Positions 1 to 6,801 of a DNA stretch of 15,576 nucleotides are shown one piece after another. Both the position numbers and the translations under genes were made by a program. The stretch comes from a virus (taxonomy: Duplodnaviria > Heunggongvirae > Uroviricota > Caudoviricetes): IMG/VR virus record IMGVR_UViG_2802429234_000006. The stretch is one strand, 5' to 3'. The notes under the pieces were generated by a model that worked only from the letters and a program-made list of their open reading frames with translations, had not been told where the DNA came from and ran no database searches. Each line of letters begins with the position of its first letter. Positions within the stretch are counted from its first letter, which is position 1.

Positions 1-1371
1 TTACCAATTAAAAATATAATCTTTTATTTTAAGATACATATCAACTTTCCCAGACCATTTTGATGCACTCTCTTTCATATTTTCAATAACATCATCAATC
101 AGTAAGTCTCTTCCTTTTACAATCAATTGATCATCATCAATACCCTCTGGTGCAAATTCATATATGTGCATGCTTAGATTAGACTTCTGAGTATGAGGGA
201 ATGAATCTTTTTCCACACACATACCAATAAACTCATTAATAGATAGTTCTTTCTGTTTACACATCATAAGTAATAATTCGAACTCATCAATTGTTATATA
301 GTAAATTCTTTTTAGATCAATGGGGATACTATGATATTTTTCAGATAACTCAGTTGATAGATCAGGGTTAATTAAATCCTGCACAACCATTGCATTTGAT
401 ATATGATGATCCCGATGCACCACAATTAACATTGAATCTTTCGAAGATGGTTTTCTCATCTCTATTTTATTTAAATTAAAAGCACATTCCTGACCTTGAT
501 AAATCCCTTTAATAAAACTCTTATTCAACCTTTCCTTTAGCAACTGAGCATTATTAGATGTTTTAACGAACTTTGCAGGCTCTATTGCCTTCGAGTCAAC
601 ATAAACTATTGAATCTCCTTCTGAAATAACAAAATCTACGGACTTGCAATTTTTTATTGCATTATCACTATAAATCTTCTTAACCTCCCTTTCAGTCTTA
701 AAGTTATAATTGTACTTATCAAGAAAGCGAGAAATATAAAGTTCCATCGTCTTACCAAATTTTTCTTTATAAGATTCCTTATAGACCTGCTTGAACAATT
801 CTGGAACTAGGTTGACAAACCCTGACTTCATGATTCTTTTGCATAATATCACTACACCATCGCCATCTAAAAACATTGGTTTACTGAGGAATGGTGTATC
901 TTCATAATACTCAGCGGTAATGTTTTTATCCAATTTATATGGGGCAATAAAATCTCTTACACCATCAATTTTTAAGCATGTTAATTCCAAAAATCTTTTC
1001 ACTTGTTCCGGACCAAATATCGGAACCAAGTTTATTATCAAGTGTTTAAATGGAATAACCTCTGATTCTACATCAGGATTAATACATGAAATAGCGGTAA
1101 AATAACATGCCATTTTGTAATAGCTTTCCAAATGTAAACCAGTACATTCTAAAAACTTATCTTTATAATATAATTCATCATTCAAGCAATACCAAATATA
1201 CTGTCTTGTTAATGAATTGGCATTAAATTTATCAGTTGATTGATAAAGCAACTGATTTATCACCATTCGTCTAAGGCTTAGCATAACTTTATCATCAACG
1301 ATTAAATTAGATGCTTCTAGTTGCAAGTTATAGATTAAGTTGATAATATCAATAAAATCATTTTTACTCAT
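1..1371 (-). CDS. Hypothetical protein, AT-rich cargo gene (456 aa from the ATG at 1371; the track ORF extends to 1434 only through non-ATG codons). Possible PD-(D/E)xK-like nuclease signature.
   Basis: Long uninterrupted ORF in a markedly AT-rich block. The ATG at 1369-1371 overlaps the TGA stop of the upstream small ORF (ATGA), suggesting translational coupling. No strong SD precedes any candidate ATG. The motif DFVISEGD-SIVYVDSK is encoded at about 589..636. No Walker A motif seen. Confidence 0.6.
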   Translation of the reverse strand: MSKNDFIDIINLIYNLQLEASNLIVDDKVMLSLRRMVINQLLYQSTDKFNANSLTRQYIWYCLNDELYYKDKFLECTGLHLESYYKMACYFTAISCINPDVESEVIPFKHLIINLVPIFGPEQVKRFLELTCLKIDGVRDFIAPYKLDKNITAEYYEDTPFLSKPMFLDGDGVVILCKRIMKSGFVNLVPELFKQVYKESYKEKFGKTMELYISRFLDKYNYNFKTEREVKKIYSDNAIKNCKSVDFVISEGDSIVYVDSKAIEPAKFVKTSNNAQLLKERLNKSFIKGIYQGQECAFNLNKIEMRKPSSKDSMLIVVHRDHHISNAMVVQDLINPDLSTELSEKYHSIPIDLKRIYYITIDEFELLLMMCKQKELSINEFIGMCVEKDSFPHTQKSNLSMHIYEFAPEGIDDDQLIVKGRDLLIDDVIENMKESASKWSGKVDMYLKIKDYIFNW

Positions 1372-1598
1372 TTCTTTTGCAGGCTTTTTTCCTTCATGCA
1401 AAACTTCCATTTCATTGCCAGATAGCAACACCAAGGGAAATTGGAAACAATACCCACCTCGACATCCCTTACTTTTTGGAAGTGTTCATAAAAATTTCTC
1501 AAAAAAGAAACATCACTAAAATATGACAATCTTTTCTTAATCGCATCAACTTTTATAGAATATGACATTGGTGTCATTGTTTTTATTGCCACGCTCAT
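1368..1598 (-). CDS. Small hypothetical protein (76 aa), first gene of a putative two-gene operon
   Basis: ATG at 1598 preceded by AAAAGG about 5 nt upstream. Its stop overlaps the ATG of the large downstream ORF. AT-rich promoter-like DNA lies upstream (1599-1680). Confidence 0.4.
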   Translation of the reverse strand: MSVAIKTMTPMSYSIKVDAIKKRLSYFSDVSFLRNFYEHFQKVRDVEVGIVSNFPWCCYLAMKWKFCMKEKSLQKK

Positions 1599-1974
1599 AA
1601 AAAACCTTTTATGATAAACATAGAGAAATATTTTATTTAAAAATCATCAAATACACGTTAATAAATATACATTTTTTAATTTTGCGTGCAACCCTATCCC
1701 CAATCAATACAAAATATTGTGCACACAAAATTGAAGAAGCCTATAACTATAGGTGCCTACTGACACCTATCAAGAAACTTGTTCACCCCCGACACAATTT
1801 AATTTGGCGTAGCTCACAATGTTCTCCTCAGCACACCTACCCCCACTTTATAGGACAGTTTTCATGCAGTACAGGCATAAACAAAAGCTCATCAGTTCTG
1901 GTGGTTCCTCACCACGAACATGCAGATAATACCTCAAAACATCATGTAACAATGTTGGCATTACACCACCAGCC

Positions 1975-1999
1975 ACAAAAAAGCCCTACCCTTAGGCTT
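1975..1999 (-). terminator. Putative intrinsic terminator (short stem AAGCC/GGCTT followed by a U-run on the minus-strand transcript)
   Basis: Inverted repeat at about 1981-1985 / 1995-1999 followed on the minus strand by TTTTTT. Lies about 40 nt downstream of the small ORF ending at 2039. Confidence 0.3.
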
Positions 2000-2038
2000 A
2001 ATGTTTGGCTTGGCTGTTGGCTTACCGTAACGCTCCGC

Positions 2039-2218
2039 TCACCGTCGCGGCCTGTCCGGTTTCTTCCACTGATACGGCCTCACATCATCCTGCTGGTGGC
2101 GTTCCTGTTGCAGCACAACGGAAACAGGCGCTGAACACCTGTTAATTTTGCTTGCTGGTTGTTTGATTTCGGCAATGCTGCGGATCATCTCCAGCAAATC
2201 GGCTTCGGTGATGGTCAT
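2039..2218 (-). CDS. Small hypothetical protein (59 aa; below the size cutoff of the ORF track)
   Basis: ATG at 2216-2218 with AAGGTG 7 nt upstream on the minus strand; hand translation MTITEADLLEMIRSIAEIKQPASKINR... runs to a TGA at 2039-2041. Sits immediately downstream of the repeat array. Confidence 0.3.
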   Translation of the reverse strand: MTITEADLLEMIRSIAEIKQPASKINRCSAPVSVVLQQERHQQDDVRPYQWKKPDRPRR

Positions 2219-2225
2219 GATTTAC

Positions 2226-2510
2226 ACCTTAGGAAATCTTAGGGGCTGGTTGACACTTTCCGGCTTGAGACCTTAACAAATCTTAACATCGCAGGTTGAC
2301 ACACTTGACACTTTTTCGCGAAAAACCTTATCAAACCTTAGCATTTCTAAGCATGGCAACTTGACACTTTTCGCGATTTTTTCGGCTTTTTGACGTGGTA
2401 AATCTGGCGCAAAGTCAGTAATGGCGAGGCTTCCAGCGAGGTTGACACTTTTTCGCGTTCAGAGTGTAAAGTGTCAACCTGGCAAGCTGCTCAACTTGAC
2501 ACTTTTTGAT
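2226..2510. repeat. Array of short direct repeats: at least 7 copies of TTGACAC (three as GTTGACACTTTTTCGCG), one inverted copy (GTGTCAACC), plus interleaved CCTTAnnAAAnCTTA repeats
   Basis: TTGACAC at about 2250, 2297, 2305, 2361, 2442 and 2495, with variant TTGACGT at 2389 and inverted copy at 2471-2479. CCTTA-type repeats at about 2226, 2271 and 2326. Non-coding interval between the HTH gene (stop 2512) and the small ORF (start 2218). Confidence 0.6.
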
Positions 2511-2511
2511 G

Positions 2512-3039
2512 TCATTGATGGTCTGATTTTTCCCATTCAGCCAGGGCGTTTAGCCCGGCTTCACTCCATGATTCCAGTTCATCGGGATAATCACCTGCAA
2601 CATAGCAGAGTTCGCAACGCAGCATACGAATTGCCAGCCTGGCATTACCCCGCAAATTGTATTGTTCAAAGTAATGCTGCCCGTCGCAATCCTCAAGGCA
2701 GATAGCACCATCATCAAGAAATTGCACTTCCCAGCCTAATTCCCCGGCTGCATCCAGCACACGCTGCTGTATGCCCTCGTCCGTTGCTGGCGCAGGAATT
2801 TTACCGTCTCTGGCCTTAACTGCTTTCCAGAACTCGCCCCACGTCATTTCCAGCGTTCTTTCTGGCCACATTTCAGAAACTGCGTCTTTTCCCTGTGCTG
2901 GTGGGCTGTTCCGCTGCTCTGTCGCTTCCACATCGATTTTTTTACCGGACATGATCACTTCGCCTTTCTCGATCCAGTCGTAAACTGTCTGGCGGCTTAC
3001 GCCTTTGTATTTGGCGTATTCGGCTTTACTCATCAACAT
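2512..3039 (-). CDS. Helix-turn-helix DNA-binding protein (175 aa); N-terminus resembles the winged-HTH of excisionase / AlpA / lambda Nu1 (TerS N-terminal) type proteins
   Basis: ATG at 3039 with GAGGTG 6 nt upstream (the track start at 3048 is a GTG). N-terminal MSKAEYAKYKGVSRQTVYDWIEKGEV fits the pattern of Nu1-like NKKQLADIFGASIRTIQNWQEQG. Acidic C-terminal half. Family assignment is from recollection, not a search. Confidence 0.65.
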   Translation of the reverse strand: MLMSKAEYAKYKGVSRQTVYDWIEKGEVIMSGKKIDVEATEQRNSPPAQGKDAVSEMWPERTLEMTWGEFWKAVKARDGKIPAPATDEGIQQRVLDAAGELGWEVQFLDDGAICLEDCDGQHYFEQYNLRGNARLAIRMLRCELCYVAGDYPDELESWSEAGLNALAEWEKSDHQ

Positions 3040-3138
3040 GTAGCTCACCTCATGCGTATACGATAAAAAATAATTTCATGCGGAAAGGGAATGCGTTGTG
3101 GGTATGGAGGAAAGGGGCAATAACCGCCCCTTACTGAT

Positions 3139-3411
3139 TCAGTTGCGCCAGGATGGCTGGCTAAGCGTGGTTTTCATTACATCATTGACGACCTGTTTTA
3201 CGATTTCTGTGTTGGCAGTCGTGCTTTCAACATCAACAAAGCCATAATCGCCAATTTCCACCGTCAGGGATTCCAGTTTCTTCCCTAGAGCATCAGGCAA
3301 CTCTCCACTGAACCGGTGCTGAAGATTTTCCACCAGCAACGCCCTGAATGCCTCGCTGTTCTCTTTTTTCTGCCATAGCTGGCGTTTATCCACTCTGATA
3401 TTTAATTTCAC
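3139..3411 (-). CDS. Hypothetical protein (90 aa), second gene of a small coupled operon
   Basis: Its ATG at 3411 overlaps the stop of the upstream 55-aa ORF (ATGA). A weak hairpin (GGGGC...GCCCC, about 3107-3125) lies downstream. Confidence 0.5.
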   Translation of the reverse strand: MKLNIRVDKRQLWQKKENSEAFRALLVENLQHRFSGELPDALGKKLESLTVEIGDYGFVDVESTTANTEIVKQVVNDVMKTTLSQPSWRN

Positions 3412-3575
3412 AGTCTCACCTCTTTAAGTGCCTTATCCATCAGTTGCCGGGCGATAACATGAATCGACGGTGCCACACCAAGCACAGATTTCTGACGCTC
3501 TTCGTCCTGGATGCGTTGCAGGGCTTCGATCTGGCTCCGGGAAAGTAAAACTGGCTTTACTCCGTGATTTTTCAT
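3408..3575 (-). CDS. Small protein (55 aa), possible DNA-binding regulator
   Basis: ATG at 3575 with AGGGAG 6-7 nt upstream; the track ORF upstream of this ATG is Cys/Tyr-rich and probably not coding. Palindromic operator-like sites lie 20-75 bp upstream. Confidence 0.5.
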   Translation of the reverse strand: MKNHGVKPVLLSRSQIEALQRIQDEERQKSVLGVAPSIHVIARQLMDKALKEVRL

Positions 3576-3594
3576 GATGCTCCCTTCTGAATGA

Positions 3595-3650
3595 CAATAA
3601 TTGCAATTATTGCACAAAATGAAATGATACCAACGATAATTGCAATAAAT
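3595..3650. promoter_or_regulatory. Two operator-like palindromes sharing an ATTGCAAT core: perfect 18-bp CAATAATTGCAATTATTG (3595-3612) and imperfect ATAATTGCAATAAAT (3636-3650)
   Basis: Perfect dyad symmetry read directly from the sequence, positioned in the presumed promoter of the 3575->3139 operon, centres about 39 bp apart. Confidence 0.4.
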
Positions 3651-3853
3651 GAAACAAAAAGCATCAATAAACCAACCTTCAGCACTAAATGCTCTGATTT
3701 TTCTGCAAAAGTATGGCAGATGTTGCTGCATGCAAACATAAAGGAAATAGCAGAAGAAACAGCGGGGAGTGAAAAGGGGAAGTTTTTATAAATACACGAT
3801 TGTCGCCCCACTGCAGGTTAACAGCCACAAGCTCCATGATAATAACTTGTTAA

Positions 3854-4177
3854 TTATTTCATCAGATTTTTCATTACTTGCGCGATTGAGTACACAAGCA
3901 AAAACTCGGCAGCCGCAAGAGTATAAAAAACATAAATTCGCTTAGCCCACCGACGATGAAAGAACTCCTCAGCATGGCCGGATGTTCGAGATACAAGCCA
4001 TGCACCTACTGCACACAGAGCAGGTGAAATGAGCACAGTTATAAACCAGATTGTGATGCCCATCCCATGCCTACTGATAATAGCCATTGGTATTGCAAAA
4101 ATGAATGTTAGAGCAGCATTAGCTAATAGAATATCTTTTAAAGTATTTTCAATTAGTTTTTCTAGATTATCTTTCAT
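3854..4177 (-). CDS. Small integral membrane protein (107 aa, 2-3 predicted transmembrane helices)
   Basis: ATG at 4177 with a G-rich SD (GGGGGG) 5 nt upstream. Hydrophobic stretches FIFAIPMAIISRHGMGITIWFITVLISPALCAVGAWLV and VFYTLAAAEFLLVYSI. AT-rich. Confidence 0.55.
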   Translation of the reverse strand: MKDNLEKLIENTLKDILLANAALTFIFAIPMAIISRHGMGITIWFITVLISPALCAVGAWLVSRTSGHAEEFFHRRWAKRIYVFYTLAAAEFLLVYSIAQVMKNLMK

Positions 4178-4206
4178 CTAATCCCCCCGTTGAACATTAA
4201 TATATA

Positions 4207-4229
4207 AAAGCCCCTTACTAAGGGGCTTT
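4207..4229 (-). terminator. Intrinsic terminator: 10-bp perfect stem (AAAGCCCCTT / AAGGGGCTTT) with a 3-nt loop, followed by a U-rich tract on the minus-strand transcript
   Basis: Directly downstream of the lipoprotein gene stop (4241); the minus-strand RNA continues as UUAUAUAUU. Confidence 0.55.
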
Positions 4230-4240
4230 GCGCGGATTGT

Positions 4241-5383
4241 TTAAAGGGAACTTTTTTTCGCCCCATCAATTTCTGCCTGACAAATTTCGTCATTTGTAAA
4301 TGAGTACTGCAGATAGACATATCCCTGAGTGGAATTGTTCGCTCTGGCCTCAATAGAGATAGTATCAATATTGTTTTTTAATGGTATTTCTTTTGTTCCC
4401 TTCCATGTGGCAGATAAGAAGCGTTCTTTTTTGTTTAGCCCCCTCATCCAGTCCTGAGGCTCTTTCCAAATTGAACCAGCCAGCAAAAAGTCTGTAGTAT
4501 CAGCCTTTCCATACAGAGAACTTAAAGAATTTCTCAATTCTTCAAACTTGGATTTAAGAGCCAATCCATAGCTATCAGTATCAATATTTTTTCCTAAAGC
4601 CCGTATTTGACATAAACCAGCTTTCGGGGAGATCAACAAACCATACATTTCAAAATCTGCGTTTTGCTTCGGTAATTTATCAGAAGTATACAGATTTACA
4701 CTGTCTGGTAGTGGCTTGAGCTTAGCACCGATCATATCTTCGATGTTTTTCTGTGTAAGACCGGCTTCTAAGCCGAACGGACCATCCGCTGGCGGGAGTA
4801 AAGGAAGTTGCTCTTGGGAATTTTTGGCTGTTACTTCCGTTTCAGTACTGTTTTTTGCGTCATTATCTTGTACTGATGCCAGCTTAACTTCAGCGAGGCC
4901 ATACTTGGCTGTGAGGTACTTTTGCTGCAACATTGCCATGGTCTGCTCTTCAGTGGCAACAGTAGATAATTTTAGTACCTTTATCAGACCACCGCTATAC
5001 TGACGAGCATCAGCTTTGGCTTCGTTGATTTTTGCATCTAAGCTGTCAATTTCAGTTTTAATTGAAGCCGCAAGCTCAGGATCAGGTTTAACTCCAGATA
5101 CAACAACATCAATTTTAGCACCTGATTCAATAGCATTAATACGCTGTTCCAAAATCGCTTTATTAGTTCCTAATATTTCCAGTCTTGCTGTTGTCAGATT
5201 TTTTATCAACCCACCAGAAAACTGCTGGTCAACTTCCTTAGCTGCTGATATTTCACCTTCCGTTTGCGACAGTTCAACTTTAAGAGCCGCTACTTCCTGT
5301 TTCTGTTCTGGAGTTAACTCTTCTGGCCCACATCCGGTTAACATTACTATACCGACTAATGTTGCAATTAAAGTTTTATTCAT
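4241..5383 (-). CDS. Lipoprotein (380 aa) with an internal tandem repeat and a coiled-coil-like N-terminal half
   Basis: Signal peptide with lipobox MNKTLIATLVGIVMLTGC. Internal repeat DQQFSGGLIKNL / ARQYSGGLIKVL. Long ORF followed by a strong terminator. Confidence 0.7.
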   Translation of the reverse strand: MNKTLIATLVGIVMLTGCGPEELTPEQKQEVAALKVELSQTEGEISAAKEVDQQFSGGLIKNLTTARLEILGTNKAILEQRINAIESGAKIDVVVSGVKPDPELAASIKTEIDSLDAKINEAKADARQYSGGLIKVLKLSTVATEEQTMAMLQQKYLTAKYGLAEVKLASVQDNDAKNSTETEVTAKNSQEQLPLLPPADGPFGLEAGLTQKNIEDMIGAKLKPLPDSVNLYTSDKLPKQNADFEMYGLLISPKAGLCQIRALGKNIDTDSYGLALKSKFEELRNSLSSLYGKADTTDFLLAGSIWKEPQDWMRGLNKKERFLSATWKGTKEIPLKNNIDTISIEARANNSTQGYVYLQYSFTNDEICQAEIDGAKKSSL

Positions 5384-5420
5384 ATCCCTATTCCAAATGA
5401 AAATATTCAGATTAATCTTA

Positions 5421-5804
5421 TCAGGAACCCAGATGCAATTGAATATTCATCTGCTCAGCAACGTAGTAGATTTCTTCAGAAAGCATCAACAAAAAACCAA
5501 GAGAATCCCATCCTCTGTTACTGACTACAATTGTTCTTTTTTGGTAATTCCTGAATGCCTTACCATTGGGCTGATGTAATCCCATCCCGGCATGTGCCCG
5601 GCTGATGGTTTCGCGCATCTCCCCGAAATTATCCTGCCTTGCCGGTAGGCGTGCTGCCTTGCGTATACATTCCGCGCGACGTTTTGCCGCCTGTTCCCGT
5701 GCTTTGTCATCATTCGCCAGCATGATGACCTCAGCCCATCGCTCCGCCGCTCTCCGGTACAGGCCACGCGCTTCCAGTGCTTCCGCTTTACTGTCGCGTA
5801 TCAT
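5421..5804 (-). CDS. PerC-family-like transcriptional regulator (127 aa)
   Basis: ATG at 5804 with AAGGAGG 10 nt upstream and an ATGA overlap with the preceding ORF. N-terminal KAEALEARGLYRRAAERWAEV resembles the conserved N-terminal motif of PerC/Pch-type activators as I recall it; not confirmed by search. Confidence 0.5.
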   Translation of the reverse strand: MIRDSKAEALEARGLYRRAAERWAEVIMLANDDKAREQAAKRRAECIRKAARLPARQDNFGEMRETISRAHAGMGLHQPNGKAFRNYQKRTIVVSNRGWDSLGFLLMLSEEIYYVAEQMNIQLHLGS

Positions 5805-6049
5805 GCGCTTTTTCCCTCCTTCATGGCCTTACGCTGGCGCTTGTGCTTCTCATTCAGCGCCATCAGCCGCGTTTCTGCGTCCTGTTGTTCCTGTGGTGTC
5901 ACCTCGCCGCATGGCTGGCCTTTCAGGTCGTAACGCACTCCACCAGCAACCAGAGCGCGGTAATAGCGCGGAGACTGCGCATAAGATGCCAGCGTCGCAC
6001 GTAATGCCCTTAGCCCGAATGCCAGCCCCCTGACGGCGATATCCTGCAT
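5801..6049 (-). CDS. Hypothetical small protein (about 82 aa from the ATG at 6049; the track extends to a GTG at 6160)
   Basis: Stop overlaps the PerC-like start (ATGA). GC-rich region with overlapping alternative frames, so the start is uncertain. Confidence 0.35.
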   Translation of the reverse strand: MQDIAVRGLAFGLRALRATLASYAQSPRYYRALVAGGVRYDLKGQPCGEVTPQEQQDAETRLMALNEKHKRQRKAMKEGKSA

Positions 6050-6117
6050 CAGGTCGTCGAATATCCCCCACCTTAAGCGGCTTCGGTGCTTCCCGGCTGA
6101 ATAATTCAGGCCACAAC

Positions 6118-6342
6118 TCAGTGGCGGTTTTTGCGCTGCCGTTTGGTCATATGCCGCCACGGTGTCGCCCCTGTGGGCTTCTGCTGCACTTTCTGGTTAC
6201 CGGGCATCACTTTATGCGCCGATGTGGTTTTATCCTGCTCCTGTGCCGACTGCGTCGTTTTCTGCGTCGTGCCGAAAATGCCTTTTGGCTTTCTGTTAAT
6301 GGTCAGCTTTGTCATGCTCTTCCCCATCATTGTTGCCGTCAT
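6118..6342 (-). CDS. Hypothetical small basic protein (74 aa)
   Basis: Hydrophilic, Lys/Arg/Thr/Gln-rich ORF just downstream of the putative origin. No clear SD at the first ATG; an internal ATG has GGGAAGAG upstream. Competing plus-strand frames are Cys-rich and look non-coding. Confidence 0.25.
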   Translation of the reverse strand: MTATMMGKSMTKLTINRKPKGIFGTTQKTTQSAQEQDKTTSAHKVMPGNQKVQQKPTGATPWRHMTKRQRKNRH

Positions 6343-6496
6343 ATCGGCGTGTAATCATCAAAACAGTCTGATTGTCAAAATTACATATCTGCTTTTATGC
6401 CTTTTTCTGGTCGGATGGCTGACGGTAGCCACCCGTAATACAAAATTTGAGCAATCACTTTTCTGTACTCTATAAGGCGTAAAAAACCATTTTTAC

Positions 6497-6769
6497 CGGG
6501 ATATCGGGATACAAACAAAAAACAACTTATTTTTCATTATGTTATGTGGTTTTTCGTATCCCGCCATATCCCGGTAAGTTTTTTTTTGCTTATGCATCAA
6601 TAACATATTTCGGGATACGTTCCGGGATACAGTGATTTCGTTTATTTTTAAACCATTCGTAAACCAAAATACTGGGATACGGCGGGATATGGCGGGATAC
6701 GATAGCAACACATAAGCAATTGATATTTATGTAATATATTTTTCATATCCCGATATCCCGCATATCCCG
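6497..6769. repeat. Putative replication origin: 12 copies of the 8-mer (C/T)GGGATA(C/T) in direct and inverted blocks, interleaved with AT-rich spacers
   Basis: Copies at 6497, 6505, 6611, 6623, 6673, 6683 and 6693 (forward) and 6556, 6566, 6745, 6753 and 6762 (inverted). Spacers contain long A/T runs. Lies 30-300 bp downstream of the replication protein gene stop (6802). Confidence 0.7.
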
Positions 6770-6801
6770 CGATTTTTGACCCTCTGCGAGCGTAGGCGGT
6801 T

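Noticed and set aside
1682-2134. 150-aa plus-strand ORF
   Set aside because: Non-ATG start, no SD, a His/Pro/Ser-rich low-complexity product, and it overlaps the better-supported minus-strand small ORF and terminator.
2226-2510. CRISPR array interpretation of the repeat clusters (also 6497..6769)
   Set aside because: The repeats are only 7-17 bp, irregularly spaced, occur in both orientations and lack uniform spacers. This is iteron or operator architecture, not CRISPR.
4716-6033. Plus-strand track ORFs (4716..5003, 5016..5579, 5605..6033, 5777..6004) antisense to the lipoprotein and PerC-region genes
   Set aside because: Typical antisense open frames: Ser/Ala/Arg/Cys-rich products, no SD, fully overlapped by better-supported minus-strand genes.
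6493-6711. 72-aa ORF inside the GGGATA iteron region
   Set aside because: It lies entirely within the iteron and AT-rich origin-like array. Its amino-acid repeats merely reflect the DNA repeats, and there is no SD.
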